From the IMG/VR virus record IMGVR_UViG_3300017903_000532, positions 1-32,402 of that record: a stretch of DNA of 32,402 bases; one strand, written 5' to 3'. The position numbers and the translations under genes were made by a program. The notes beneath the pieces are model-generated. The model searched no databases, was not told where the DNA came from, and saw nothing but the letters and a program-made list of their open reading frames with translations. Below are positions 1 through 10,986 of this stretch, piece after piece. The stretch comes from a virus. Lineage: Duplodnaviria; Caudoviricetes. Every line of letters begins with the position of its first letter. Position 1 is the first letter of the stretch.

Positions 1-1877
1 AAAATGATCCAGAGGGATTTCTTACAGCATTAAATGGTTGGCAAGAAGGATATTCAGATAAAGCAGGTAAATACAAACCATTAGTTGAAATATCTGTTAA
101 TCAATATGGATTGCAACATGCTAATGCTTTGTATGTAGATAAAGCAAATCTTGAAGATAGACAGGCATTTAATAATGAAGTTGGTTTATTAGATGGTGAT
201 TTGAATGATTTAGAGTCTGGTATTCAAGGATTATCTGAACAGCCGTTTTTTTATCTTGGCGAAGGTGATGATCAAGTTTCTCTTACAAACGCAGAATTTT
301 TGTCTAAGTATAAAGAAAAATTAATTAGTCAGGTAAATGAAATATATGAGTCTCACCCTACAAGATATTCTAGCGATAATAGAGATAGAGATTTAAGAAG
401 AATAGAAAAAGCATTTGCTACTGTACCTGTTACAAGAGCTGTAAATGCTATTGCAAATGCTCAATACAGTTCTGATTTAGAATATGATAGACAACTTAAA
501 GAAGCTTCTTTAAATGATTTAGCTCTTGCTTTAAGGGGTGTGTCTATTAGCCCTCAGTCAATGGAAATATTAGCACAGTTTGGTTTTGATGAAGATTATT
601 TAAACTCAACTCCTTTTATTATAAGGAAAGATATTGCTTCAGATATTACTACTATTGCTAATACTATTTCTGAAAACGAAACACTTAGAAGAGATTTAAA
701 ACAATCTATATTAACTCAAGAAAAAATTACAAATAATATTTCAGTTACACCAACTGAAGTAGAAAATTATTTAAAAGTTGGTCTTGGTATTGAAACGCCT
801 AATGATTTATACAGAGTGCTTTTTTCAGAAAAAGGTTTAAATGATACAAACTCACCTTTGTTTAAGGTAATGTTTAATCAACAACAAGACTTGCCTCAAG
901 TATTTAAAGATTTTTTTAAAAAAGACAATATATTAAGACTAATTAGCAATAATCAACAAGATGCAACGGGTCTTGTAAAATTTTATAATGCCTTAACACG
1001 AACACAAAATAATCAATTTTTGTATAGAGGGTTATCAGATAGCACTATTGAACTAATGACATCAATAGAACTATTATCACAAACAGCACAAGTTGCTGAT
1101 ATACCAGAAGTAGTAAGAAGATTAAATGACCCTAATATAAATGTAAAACAAACATTTGAATCTTTAATGGGGGAAGATTTTAAAACACTTGATGAATATA
1201 TTATTAAAGAATTTACTTATGATACTCTTGCTTTTGGTGATGAAAGAGGACTTACACCTGCTGAAGATAATTATGTAAGAGCAAGTTTACCTAAACTTGT
1301 AGCAGTATATGGTAAAGAACTAGGCACAGAAGTAATGAGACAATCTTTATCTAAAAGATTTTATAGAAAAGGTTCTCGATTTATGGTTCCTGAGTTTAAT
1401 GTTTCTCAGTTTGCTCCAGAAAGATTATATGGAGAAAAAGGAGATGATATCCAAGAGTTTCAGTTTCAAGCGCAAATGATTTTAAATACAATGGATGATA
1501 CATCTAAAAAAATATTTTTAAATGGACAAGAGCCTGTATTTGGTGAAAATGTTTTTGTTGCAGAACCAAGAAATATAAGTGGAGTATATCCTACTTATAC
1601 ATTAGTAGATGAATTTTCTAGGCCTATTATTGTAGGTAATACTGTATTACAGGTAAATAGAGCAGGCATGATTAAACATCATCAAGATTTAGCTAATGAA
1701 CGAAATAGAGATTTGACTCGCTTTAATGAGTTAGCTCAAAAAGGCCCATATATCCCAACATTATCTTCTAATGTACAACAACAAGCAGATGAAATAGGAG
1801 CAAATGAAAGTAAAAAACCAATGATGAGTTGGAAAGAATTAGGAAAATTAATAACACCCAATTTTTTTGGTAATTAA
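1..1877 (+). CDS. Internal virion (ejection) protein, C-terminal part; 5' end lies outside or at the far end of the window
   Basis: Frame is open from nt 3 (NDPEGFLTALNGWQ...), so TTG 111 is not the real start. Synteny after tail tube B and the small internal protein, and before a 1058-aa protein and the tail fibre, matches T7-like gp15 position. Confidence 0.65.
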   Translation, partial: NDPEGFLTALNGWQEGYSDKAGKYKPLVEISVNQYGLQHANALYVDKANLEDRQAFNNEVGLLDGDLNDLESGIQGLSEQPFFYLGEGDDQVSLTNAEFLSKYKEKLISQVNEIYESHPTRYSSDNRDRDLRRIEKAFATVPVTRAVNAIANAQYSSDLEYDRQLKEASLNDLALALRGVSISPQSMEILAQFGFDEDYLNSTPFIIRKDIASDITTIANTISENETLRRDLKQSILTQEKITNNISVTPTEVENYLKVGLGIETPNDLYRVLFSEKGLNDTNSPLFKVMFNQQQDLPQVFKDFFKKDNILRLISNNQQDATGLVKFYNALTRTQNNQFLYRGLSDSTIELMTSIELLSQTAQVADIPEVVRRLNDPNINVKQTFESLMGEDFKTLDEYIIKEFTYDTLAFGDERGLTPAEDNYVRASLPKLVAVYGKELGTEVMRQSLSKRFYRKGSRFMVPEFNVSQFAPERLYGEKGDDIQEFQFQAQMILNTMDDTSKKIFLNGQEPVFGENVFVAEPRNISGVYPTYTLVDEFSRPIIVGNTVLQVNRAGMIKHHQDLANERNRDLTRFNELAQKGPYIPTLSSNVQQQADEIGANESKKPMMSWKELGKLITPNFFGN

Positions 1878-4800
1878 ATGGACATAAGTTTAAGAGAAAT
1901 ATTATTAAGTCCTGATGATATTATTAGGTATCAAGATGACCCTTCTTTTGTAGAAGGGTTTAAAGCTAATGTTGCTTATGTAAATGCTCCGTTACTGAAT
2001 AGTGTAGAAGAAGGTGTAAGATTTGGTGCTATTCCAAAAGACCCTAATTTTAAAGCTGAAATACCTGATGATTTATTGCCACATTACAAACAATTATATC
2101 ATTATAAAAATGAAGAACATTTTAATTTTCTTGTTCAAAATTTAAGAGCTTCTTTAGATAGAAAAAAAGTTTTGTCACAGTCTGGTGTATTACCAGCTTT
2201 GACAGCTATGCCTTTTGATCCATTATTTTTTATTAGTTTTTCTCCTTTATTTAATATTGGATTAAAGGGCAAAAGTCTTTTGCAAACAACAGGCGCATTT
2301 ACAAAACAAGGTAGTATATTTGCTCTTGCATCTGAAGCAAGACGTGCGCCTTTCGATGTAAATGAAGAAGGAGAAGTTTTATCTAATGTTGCTACAACAA
2401 CTATTTTATCTGGTGCGCTTGGATTAGGATTTGGAGCTACACCTATATTAGCAAGAGGTGTTAAAGGTACTGTAAACAAAACAATAGGTTTAGCTAGAGG
2501 TAAACAATCTAAAAGATTTATAGATGAAGAAGGTAATATTAAATTTTCAGATGAAAACTATACAGAGTATGATAAATCACTAGGCGATTATGATTTAACA
2601 ACAACAGATTTTATTCCTACTCCTACTAAAACAGTGTTATCTGATAGAAAAATACCTCAATCTGTTAAAGAGTTATTTGCAAAAGTATCTTACAATTCTT
2701 CACTTGGTATTAATAGACAACGAAAAGGCATGGGTGAAGCTTCTGTTGCACAAATGATTACTACGCATGATGGTAATGCTTTTAAATTAATAAACGAAAT
2801 GGATGAATTATACAGTCGAGATATTAATATAAACAATAATACTAAGTTTGCAGATACACAATTAACAGCAGATGAATGGTGGGAAGATACTGTTACTCGA
2901 TATATTAATCAAGATAATCCTGACCCAGCTATTTCTTTACCAGCTGTAAATGATGCAACACCAAATCAAAAACAAGCGTTTACATTAATTAAACAGTTTT
3001 TTGACCAGTATGATTTAGAAGGCAGATATGTTGGTTTGTTGTTAGATGATGTTAAAATAAAAAAATTAATTCAAGAAATAGATGATACGTTAGCTGATAA
3101 CGCAAAAAAGGCTAGTGCTATTGAAGCTAATGTTCGAGCTAAACAAGGAGCAACAAAAAAACAAACTGCTGAATTAAAAAGACTAGATGAAATAAGAGAA
3201 AGAGAAAGTGCTAAACGTATTGAGTTAGAAGATGCGTTAGAATCGCCAACACGCAAGAATTTTAGATTTTCTATTTATTATGATAGAGATAAATTACAAA
3301 CACCAGAAGGCAAACAAGCATTTTTAGAAATGGCAACAAAGTCTTATATAAGACAAAGAGCTACAATGCCTGATAAAAAGTTTGCTAATACTCCAGAAGA
3401 TGATGCTCTAGCTACATATAAGAATATAATGCAAGAGAGTGATGAAGAAATGGAGGCTAATTTTTCTGGTAACTCAAAGCATTTAAAATTAAGAAAAACT
3501 GGATTTGAAGAATGGGAAGTAGAGCCATTTATTCAAAAAAACAAAGATGTAATATTTTCTTATGCAAAACGTATGGGTGGTCGTATTGAGTTTGCTCGTA
3601 AGTTTGATAACAAATCTGTTGAAGATATTTTAAAAGATATTGAATTAGATATGAAAAAAGCTAATATGCCTGATGCTAAGATAGCTAAAACAAAAGCGGC
3701 ATTTTTAGCAGAATATGAACGTGCTACTGGTGGCCTTATTAAAAGTGCTGATAGGTGGGACAATCAACTTGCTATGATTCTAAAAAATTATTCTGCTTGG
3801 GTATATTTGCCATTAGCAGGTATATCTGCTGTTGGAGATTTAGGAACTATTTTACTTCAACATGGTTTAAAAGATACAATACAAGCAGGTATAACAGCTT
3901 ATACAAATACTGGTTTTAGGGCAGATATAATTAAAAATGGTAGAATGGGCGGTGATATACTCGAAGCTGTATTAGGTGATACACAGCGTAGAATTATTGG
4001 AGATACAATAAAACGTAATCAACCGAATGCTAGAGAAAAATTTATAGCTAAAGGAAATCAATTATTTTATTTAGCAAATCTTTTAACACCTATTACACAA
4101 GCTGGTAAAACATTAGACCATGTATTAGTTAATAATAAGTTTTATCAACTATCTCGTAATTATAAAAATTTATCAAAATTTGATAAAGAATATTTAGCTC
4201 GTTATGGAATCACAGAAGAAGATGCGGCTTATTATGCACAAATGCCATTTGATAAAGCAACAAATGGTAATTTTTATTATGCAAATATTACAAAATGGAA
4301 TGCAAAAACTGCTCAAGAAATAGAAATGTTACGCAAATGGCAAGCGGCAACAAATGCTCATGCTAACAATTCAGTTATCTATGGGCAACAATTTGATATA
4401 CCTCTAGTTGCAAATGGTGTTGTGTATGCAAAAGACAATTTATATTTTCAAGGCGCGAGAAAACTTTTTCCTACTTTGTATAAGATAGATGAAACTGTAT
4501 CTACTACTAATACAAAACTTGTAAGACTCGAAAGCCAGTTAATGACTTTACCTTTTACTTTTATGAATTTTGCATTTGCAGCCAATAATAAAATTTTAGG
4601 CAGGATACGTGACCCTAATCAACAGCATAGACTTACTGGTGTTATCGCATTAATGGGATTATCATATCTTGCTCTTGATTTAAAGAAACCTTACTGGTGG
4701 TTTAAAGATAAAGATGCAACTAATCTTGGATTAAGAATTATAGACCATTCTGGTATAACTGGTTTGTATTCTGATTTAGCATATATGGGGTTACATATAG

Positions 4801-5054
4801 CGGCAGGTACAGGTTTGTATGATGCTGAAAAAGGATTGATAAAAGGAAAGTATGCTCCTGATTCTTTTGATTCTGTATTAGAGCCATTTGGTGCGCCAGT
4901 TGGTTTAGTAACAGATTATGGTAGAGCCGCAGTTGATTTCTTTAATGGGAATACAACTGAGGGTACAGATAGATTAGTAAACTCTTTACCTCTTATTGGA
5001 TTGCCACATATTTTTGGTGATACAAAAGCGATGTTAAAAGATTTAGGCAGATAA
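1878..5054 (+). CDS. Large internal virion/ejection protein (T7 gp16-like position)
   Basis: 1058 aa, helical, Gly-rich hydrophobic segments near both termini, directly before the tail fibre. Function inferred from synteny. Confidence 0.65.
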   Translation: MDISLREILLSPDDIIRYQDDPSFVEGFKANVAYVNAPLLNSVEEGVRFGAIPKDPNFKAEIPDDLLPHYKQLYHYKNEEHFNFLVQNLRASLDRKKVLSQSGVLPALTAMPFDPLFFISFSPLFNIGLKGKSLLQTTGAFTKQGSIFALASEARRAPFDVNEEGEVLSNVATTTILSGALGLGFGATPILARGVKGTVNKTIGLARGKQSKRFIDEEGNIKFSDENYTEYDKSLGDYDLTTTDFIPTPTKTVLSDRKIPQSVKELFAKVSYNSSLGINRQRKGMGEASVAQMITTHDGNAFKLINEMDELYSRDININNNTKFADTQLTADEWWEDTVTRYINQDNPDPAISLPAVNDATPNQKQAFTLIKQFFDQYDLEGRYVGLLLDDVKIKKLIQEIDDTLADNAKKASAIEANVRAKQGATKKQTAELKRLDEIRERESAKRIELEDALESPTRKNFRFSIYYDRDKLQTPEGKQAFLEMATKSYIRQRATMPDKKFANTPEDDALATYKNIMQESDEEMEANFSGNSKHLKLRKTGFEEWEVEPFIQKNKDVIFSYAKRMGGRIEFARKFDNKSVEDILKDIELDMKKANMPDAKIAKTKAAFLAEYERATGGLIKSADRWDNQLAMILKNYSAWVYLPLAGISAVGDLGTILLQHGLKDTIQAGITAYTNTGFRADIIKNGRMGGDILEAVLGDTQRRIIGDTIKRNQPNAREKFIAKGNQLFYLANLLTPITQAGKTLDHVLVNNKFYQLSRNYKNLSKFDKEYLARYGITEEDAAYYAQMPFDKATNGNFYYANITKWNAKTAQEIEMLRKWQAATNAHANNSVIYGQQFDIPLVANGVVYAKDNLYFQGARKLFPTLYKIDETVSTTNTKLVRLESQLMTLPFTFMNFAFAANNKILGRIRDPNQQHRLTGVIALMGLSYLALDLKKPYWWFKDKDATNLGLRIIDHSGITGLYSDLAYMGLHIAAGTGLYDAEKGLIKGKYAPDSFDSVLEPFGAPVGLVTDYGRAAVDFFNGNTTEGTDRLVNSLPLIGLPHIFGDTKAMLKDLGR

Positions 5055-5055
5055 A

Positions 5056-5090
5056 TGTACATTGAGTATTTGTTTTATAAATGATAGGAA
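5056..5090 (+). promoter_or_regulatory. Candidate late promoter (TGTACATTGAGT-N-ATGaTAGGAA)
   Basis: Shares TGTRCRTTG at -35 and an extended -10 TG at identical spacing with sites at 19589 and 26712. Confidence 0.5.
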
Positions 5091-5096
5091 AATAAT

Positions 5097-7583
5097 ATGA
5101 CTATTTCATCAGGAAATAATGCACGTAGAGTTATATATCAACTAGGGCCAAATTTAACTCAAAGCCTTTGGACAGTACCATTTGAGTTTAATGACTTTAC
5201 TGAGCTAACACTATTTTATCAAAGTAATAGTTCTACATTTGGCCCACAAATATTTAACTCTGACAATGGTGGATTAACTTCTTCTGTTGTATCTGGAGGC
5301 AATGGTTCAACAGGCAGTATTTCAAAGTCTATTACAGGTCATTCTGGTCTTGGTTCAACAGTAGTTATTGTAAGAAACACAGCACTTTCTCGTACTACAG
5401 ATTTTCCATCAACAGGTGCGTTTGATATTACACATCTTAATACAGAACTTGATACGTTTTTGTATATGGCGGCTGATAATAAAGATAGAGCAGAAAGAGC
5501 CTTACATTTCCCAGAGCAAGACAGAGTTACTAATTCAGAAATACCTGAGTGGCGTGCAAGAGGTGGCAAAGTATTAGGCTTTAACACAGATGGGCATCCA
5601 ATAGCTTCTCCATCTTTAGAGTATTCTACTATGTTGACTCAAACAGGTGCAGAAGGCTCATCTGCTTCTGTATCTTATCATAGTGGTTTTTATAGATTGA
5701 CATTTACTAATCCAAGAAGAAATACAGGAGCCACAGGGCCACAAGGGGCTAATAGTGCAACCGGGCCACAAGGCCCTCAAGGAGATACAGGAGCTACAGG
5801 AGCTACAGGTCCTACTGGTGCTACTGGAGCTACTGGAGCTACAGGACCTCAAGGCCCAGCTGGTGCTGATGGCAGTACAGACGCACAAACTCTCGACAGC
5901 TTAGACAGCATACAGTTTCTTCGCAGTGACGTCGCAGACACAAAAACAAGTGGCAATTTGCATTTTAGTGATAATGTCAAAGCTACATTTGGCGATACGT
6001 CTTCACCTGATTTAGAAATATTTCATGATGGCACTAGAAGCAGAATTACTGATGCAGGCACAGGAAGTTTGCGAATAAATACAAATAATTTTGAAATAAG
6101 AAATGGAGTTGATGGAGAAAATATAGCAATATTTCAACAAAATGGTGCTGTAGAACTATACTACGACAACAACAAAAAGATTGAAACAACCTCAAGCGGT
6201 GCGACAGTCACAGGTCAGTTAGTAGCAACAAGCCTAGATATCTCTGGAGATGTCGATGTAGATGGCACACTAGAAGCTGATGCAATAACTCTTAATGGTA
6301 CTGCTTTAGCAAGTTCAGCTACGACAGATACAACTAACGCTAGTAACATTAGTTCTGGCACTCTTAATGCGGATAGATTGCCTGACTTAACTGTATCAGA
6401 ATTAGCCGCAAACAGCTTAACAACTAGTTCTGAATCGTTTGCAGATAACGATACGACACTTATGACCAGTGCGGCAATTAATGACCGCATAGAATCATTT
6501 GGATACACAACGAATACAGGAGATATTACAGGAGTAACTGCTGGTACAGGATTATCTGGGGGCGGCTCTTCTGGTGGTGTTACATTAAACGTATCAGGGC
6601 TTACTGTTTCTGAGTTAGCGGCAAATAGTTTAACAACAAGTTCGGAGTCATTTGCAGACAACGATACAACATTAATGACAAGTGCCGCTATAAATGACCG
6701 TATCGAAAGTTTTGGTTATATAACTAGTGCAGATGGCGGCAATGCACAAACCCTCGATAGCCTTGACAGCGCATCTTTTTTAAGAAGTGATGCGGCAGAT
6801 ACTAAAACATCTGGTGATTTAACATTTAACGATGATGTAGCATTAAAGGTAGGCACTGGAGGTGATTTATCTATCAATCATGTTTCTGCCACTGGACATA
6901 CAAATATAGCAGAGTCTGGCTCTGGCAATCTTTTTATTTCAGCCTCCAACCTTACACTACAAACTACGAGTGGAGAAAAGTACATAAGAGGAATAGCTAA
7001 TAGCGCAGTTGAATTATACCATGACAACAGCAAGAAGTTTGAAACAACTAGCACAGGTGTAACTGTAACTGGTACCGCTGAGATAACTGGCGGTGTTGTA
7101 GATTTGAAAAATACAGGCTCACAGTCTGAGCTACGATTATACTGCGAGAGTAGCAATGCCCATTATGCGGCTCTAAAAGCCCCTGCACACTCAGATTTCA
7201 GCGGTGATGTAGATTTAACTTTACCTGCTACAACATCTACGCTTCTTAGCACAACTAGCAATTTAGCTGACTTGGCTAATGTAGCTTCAACAGCACCAAC
7301 TACAAATCAAGTATTATCTTGGAATGGTTCTACTTGGACACCTGCTGATGCTTCTAGTGGTGGCTCATCGACATTAGATGGATTGACCGATGTATCAGTT
7401 AGCTCACCCTCAGACGGTCAGGTTTTGAAATACAACGCAACATCCTCGCAGTGGGAAGCAGGCACGGATAATACTAGCTCTGGCGGCACTAACGCAGACA
7501 CAGTTGATAACTATCATATCTCTGTGGTGACAAGTTTGCCTGCAAATCCTAACAGTTCAACAATCTATTTTGTAACAGGATAA
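5097..7583 (+). CDS. Tail fibre protein with collagen-like segment and internal repeats
   Basis: Podovirus fibre N-terminal adaptor motif (R.T...R.TDF...G......LN.ELD), Gly-X-Y run, two [14 protein letters not shown] / VELY.DN.KK.ETTS.G modules, C-terminal L..L.DV....P...QVL.(W/Y)N...W repeats. Confidence 0.9.
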   Translation: MTISSGNNARRVIYQLGPNLTQSLWTVPFEFNDFTELTLFYQSNSSTFGPQIFNSDNGGLTSSVVSGGNGSTGSISKSITGHSGLGSTVVIVRNTALSRTTDFPSTGAFDITHLNTELDTFLYMAADNKDRAERALHFPEQDRVTNSEIPEWRARGGKVLGFNTDGHPIASPSLEYSTMLTQTGAEGSSASVSYHSGFYRLTFTNPRRNTGATGPQGANSATGPQGPQGDTGATGATGPTGATGATGATGPQGPAGADGSTDAQTLDSLDSIQFLRSDVADTKTSGNLHFSDNVKATFGDTSSPDLEIFHDGTRSRITDAGTGSLRINTNNFEIRNGVDGENIAIFQQNGAVELYYDNNKKIETTSSGATVTGQLVATSLDISGDVDVDGTLEADAITLNGTALASSATTDTTNASNISSGTLNADRLPDLTVSELAANSLTTSSESFADNDTTLMTSAAINDRIESFGYTTNTGDITGVTAGTGLSGGGSSGGVTLNVSGLTVSELAANSLTTSSESFADNDTTLMTSAAINDRIESFGYITSADGGNAQTLDSLDSASFLRSDAADTKTSGDLTFNDDVALKVGTGGDLSINHVSATGHTNIAESGSGNLFISASNLTLQTTSGEKYIRGIANSAVELYHDNSKKFETTSTGVTVTGTAEITGGVVDLKNTGSQSELRLYCESSNAHYAALKAPAHSDFSGDVDLTLPATTSTLLSTTSNLADLANVASTAPTTNQVLSWNGSTWTPADASSGGSSTLDGLTDVSVSSPSDGQVLKYNATSSQWEAGTDNTSSGGTNADTVDNYHISVVTSLPANPNSSTIYFVTG
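5727..5870 (+). repeat. Collagen-like Gly-X-Y repeat (16 triplets, one Gly-to-Ser break)
   Basis: [48 protein letters not shown] in the translation. Confidence 0.9.
6387..6719 (+). repeat. Two copies (6387-6506, 6600-6719) of an identical 40-aa peptide
   Basis: [40 protein letters not shown] occurs twice; only synonymous differences. Confidence 0.95.
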
Positions 7584-7586
7584 ACA

Positions 7587-7826
7587 ATGTCTTTTGAATC
7601 ATGGATTAACAACCCAAGCTACGAGTTGGTTACAGATACTGAAAGTAATGCACTTATTATACAATGCACTGGCTCTATCAAAACAACTACTAACGAAGTT
7701 TTTGATTACAATGATGAAATTACTATCGTTAATGACCAAACAAACATACCTTTTTATGCACTGCATGATGAACTTATAAGTGCTTTTAATAATTGGATTA
7801 TGCAAAAAGAACAGGAGCATAACTAA
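7587..7826 (+). CDS. Small acidic protein, possible fibre chaperone
   Basis: 79 aa ORF tightly packed between two fibre-like genes; TAATG coupling to the next gene. Confidence 0.6.
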   Translation: MSFESWINNPSYELVTDTESNALIIQCTGSIKTTTNEVFDYNDEITIVNDQTNIPFYALHDELISAFNNWIMQKEQEHN

Positions 7827-9919
7827 TGCCAGTCGTATGGATAGACCCCTTCATTGCAGGGGCTGTAGCTCGTTCAGACACAACAATACTAGGTCATGGA
7901 ACTGATACTGTAAATTACAATACAGCCGCATCAAGAACAGGCACGTACCTTAATCCATTTCGGTTTGATGACTGGCAGAGTAATAACTCTTCTGCAACCA
8001 CAGTTAATGGCGTTACTATAGCGGCTGATACAGAAGTTCGTATCAAAGGCAAAACTATGGCAGACATGACCACTAACATGGGTGCAATGTATAAAAGTGG
8101 TTCTTATATATACCCAGAAACAAGCAATACAACTTATGCAACTCTTGGCGGTAATACAGACTATTATACTTCATGGGCATATTTAAGTGGCTCTAACATA
8201 GATGATATGTTTCCAGACGTATCTGGAATTGTAAAGTTTCCGTTGTTGTTGCCATTCCCTGCTAATTCAACATCTTCATCTTGGCAAATAGGCAGTACAT
8301 CAAACAACAGTGATGGACGAGCATTGTATAATGCGATCAATGACGCAGGCTTTACCAAGTTTAATCAAGATGGTGTGTCAGGGAACTTTTGCGATTTAGC
8401 GTTTTTAAAACAAGGATATTTACAATCACACGCTCTAAGCAATGGCGATAAATATCATTGGTTTAGTACTAATGGGCGAGTTACTTCATCTAGCGCAGGA
8501 TGGACGAGTGAGACTGAACAGAATGGCTATTCACTAGTTTCACTATCGCAATCAGATACATACGAGCGTCAGCATATTGTGGGCTCAAATTGTACTTTTG
8601 ATTGGTCACGTTTGTATATGCGCAATGTATCTCGTAGAATGTATTTTAGATTCGGGCCTTCTAAATCAGGTGTGCATCATAAGCTAGGTATGTTTAGTTG
8701 TAGAAATGACCAATATTACGAACAACGTATGTATAATACTGTTGCTTCTACGTTAGAAGTTGGCACGATAGCAGGATATCAAATACAAGTAGATGCCTCT
8801 AATGCTAATGGTACTTCACAAGTTAATTTAGTTATATCTAGTGCTGATAATCTACGATTGAATAGTAGTTCAAGCACTAATAATCGTATGAAGTTTGGTA
8901 GCATTTATATCCGTAGTGGCGGTACATTTACAGACCAACGTGGCTTTCTAAAATTTAATAATATAGGGACAAAATACGTAGAGTTTTTAAATGGGAGTAG
9001 TTACTACTCAACATTAAGCACATCGAACACAGCCGCTTTAAATGGGAATAGGTCTAACTATACAAACTCAAATATTTATGTTTACCCCACAACATTATAT
9101 AGAGCAGGTGTAGCAGGGCATTGGCTTGGCAATATTCCTGCTTCTACAGCCGCTACCAGAAATCCAAGACTTGGGAAAACATTAGAAACTAATCTAAACA
9201 ATGAACCATTTTTAGATAATATTTCATTAACTGCAAATAATTGGTGGGAGCTTACTGGGTTACGACAAGAAACAAATTACGGCAAATTACCTATTAGGGA
9301 TATTGGTCGTTTGCTATGTGGTGGTGCTAACTACAAAACAACTGCTAATCAATTAGCAACTTTAGCAGGTAAAATACTAACAACATCTGTAACAATATTC
9401 CCTGCAAACTTTGGTATAGAGTCAAATGATTATGACAATAAGCCTTTAATTATTATGCCAGACACAGGGGGTAGCTCTGAGAGTGCCGCTTTTGCTTATA
9501 ACGAAACTGTAAATGGTGAGGCTGTTGTTGTGTTGCAAGGTGGTGGTGATAGTGGGAGTTATGCTTATGGCTTTGAGTTACAAGTGCCAAGTGATTATGA
9601 CCCTGATGGAACAGATACAACTAAGGATAGTATAAGAGCAAGGTTGAGAGTAAGCAGGAGTAGCAATGTTTCATCGTCACAAACTTTTTATTATATGTAT
9701 AGATTAGACACAGATAACCAAATCTATTCAGTAGCCCATAGCTCTAGCAGTATATCTACAGACCAGACTGCTCCAACTTTAATAAATCGCAATATTAATA
9801 AACCTGCATCAGGGTTGCGTAAAATCAACTCTGTTTTAATTTACGTGAATTTTAGAACAGGCAGTACAAGTACTGCTGAGAGATTGTATATTCACGATGC
9901 TTACGTGGAGACTTATTAA
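7826..9919 (+). CDS. Putative second receptor-binding/tail spike-like protein
   Basis: 697 aa, Ser/Thr/Asn/Gly-rich beta-type composition, in the tail fibre region. No family recognised. Confidence 0.5.
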   Translation: MPVVWIDPFIAGAVARSDTTILGHGTDTVNYNTAASRTGTYLNPFRFDDWQSNNSSATTVNGVTIAADTEVRIKGKTMADMTTNMGAMYKSGSYIYPETSNTTYATLGGNTDYYTSWAYLSGSNIDDMFPDVSGIVKFPLLLPFPANSTSSSWQIGSTSNNSDGRALYNAINDAGFTKFNQDGVSGNFCDLAFLKQGYLQSHALSNGDKYHWFSTNGRVTSSSAGWTSETEQNGYSLVSLSQSDTYERQHIVGSNCTFDWSRLYMRNVSRRMYFRFGPSKSGVHHKLGMFSCRNDQYYEQRMYNTVASTLEVGTIAGYQIQVDASNANGTSQVNLVISSADNLRLNSSSSTNNRMKFGSIYIRSGGTFTDQRGFLKFNNIGTKYVEFLNGSSYYSTLSTSNTAALNGNRSNYTNSNIYVYPTTLYRAGVAGHWLGNIPASTAATRNPRLGKTLETNLNNEPFLDNISLTANNWWELTGLRQETNYGKLPIRDIGRLLCGGANYKTTANQLATLAGKILTTSVTIFPANFGIESNDYDNKPLIIMPDTGGSSESAAFAYNETVNGEAVVVLQGGGDSGSYAYGFELQVPSDYDPDGTDTTKDSIRARLRVSRSSNVSSSQTFYYMYRLDTDNQIYSVAHSSSSISTDQTAPTLINRNINKPASGLRKINSVLIYVNFRTGSTSTAERLYIHDAYVETY

Positions 9920-10131
9920 TGGCTATTCCGAGTATATCAGGCTTGGGGTACTACAAAGGTTTGAATGTATCACCCCTTGGTGGGTTTTATGTTTCTGCTA
10001 CAGCAAGCGATAGCGATGATGTTATATCTTCAACAAGCATTAGCATAGGCTCAACAACACCAACGAGCATTTATGTTGGTAGTACACAAGTTAATGAAGT
10101 GTATGTTGGCAGTACAAAGGTGTGGGGATGA
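9919..10131 (+). CDS. Small fibre-associated protein
   Basis: 70 aa with repeated (I/V)YVGST motif ending KVWG, typical of small fibre-tip proteins; coupled by TAATG. Confidence 0.6.
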   Translation: MAIPSISGLGYYKGLNVSPLGGFYVSATASDSDDVISSTSISIGSTTPTSIYVGSTQVNEVYVGSTKVWG

Positions 10132-10301
10132 TTGAGCCAGAAAAAAATATTGAAATAGATGTTCCTTTAGTTATTGCTGGTATTTCTTCACCTGTTTGGT
10201 TGACTGTTATTAACGATATTCTTGGAATAGTTTTAGCAAGCATTGGTATTATTATTGGTTTGATAAGATTGTATCAAATTATACAGAGCAGGAAGAAGTA
10301 A
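10128..10301 (+). CDS. Small membrane protein, holin-like (57 aa, not in ORF track)
   Basis: MIEPEKNIEIDVPLVIAGISSPVWLTVINDILGIVLASIGIIIGLIRLYQIIQSRKK; ATGA and TAATG overlaps on both sides; hydrophobic helix plus basic tail. Confidence 0.7.
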   Translation: MIEPEKNIEIDVPLVIAGISSPVWLTVINDILGIVLASIGIIIGLIRLYQIIQSRKK

Positions 10302-10780
10302 TGGTTGATCCAATATCAGCTATGGCTATTGCAGGAGCGGCTTTTAATACACTTAAACGAGGCGTTTCTATTGGTCGTGATATTGAATCTATGGGAAAGG
10401 ATTTATCTCGTTGGATGTCAGCAGTGTCAGACATTGATAGAGCGAAAAAAAAAAAAAAAAATCCTCCAATATTTAAAAAAATATTTAATGCTAAAAGTGT
10501 AGAAGAAGAAGCAATCGAGTTATTTACACAAAAAAAACAATTACAAAATCAACGTGATGAGTTGCGTAAATTAATTAGTTCTATGTGTGGCCCTAATGCA
10601 TGGCAAGAATTATTAAAAATGGAAGCAGATATACGCAAGCAACGCAAAGAGACATTGTATGCACAACGAGAAGCACGAAGACAATTTGTAGAAATTGTAA
10701 GCATTTTCTTTTTAACTCTTACTATTGTTGGGTTTTTTATTTTTCTTTTATTTTTATGGCAAAGAAGGGGAACAATATGA
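10301..10780 (+). CDS. Coiled-coil protein with C-terminal transmembrane helix (lysis region)
   Basis: 159 aa, MVDPISA... start, charged coiled coil, hydrophobic C-terminus; contains an A17 run. Confidence 0.7.
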   Translation: MVDPISAMAIAGAAFNTLKRGVSIGRDIESMGKDLSRWMSAVSDIDRAKKKKKNPPIFKKIFNAKSVEEEAIELFTQKKQLQNQRDELRKLISSMCGPNAWQELLKMEADIRKQRKETLYAQREARRQFVEIVSIFFLTLTIVGFFIFLLFLWQRRGTI

Positions 10781-10986
10781 GTGCAGAAGAAGTAGCTCGT
10801 AAGTTATTAGAGTTAAAAATATTACCACGATTTATGATGTTATGTATGACAGGTGTGTATATACGTTGCATTGAATGGGCATTGTCTCAACCAGATTTGT
10901 CAACACAACAAGCAAGTTTAATATCTGTAGTTACTGGTGCTATGACTGGTAGTCTTGCTGTTTGGTTAAACTCGGAGAAACATTGA
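10777..10986 (+). CDS. Two-TM small membrane protein, holin/antiholin-like (69 aa)
   Basis: Start reassigned to ATG 10777 (ATGA overlap, upstream AGGGG); MSAEEVARKLLELKILPR... with two hydrophobic helices. Confidence 0.65.
   Translation: MSAEEVARKLLELKILPRFMMLCMTGVYIRCIEWALSQPDLSTQQASLISVVTGAMTGSLAVWLNSEKH

Noticed and set aside
6387-6719. Diversity-generating retroelement TR/VR pair in the fibre gene
   Set aside because: Differences are all synonymous and not adenine-specific, and no reverse transcriptase is present.
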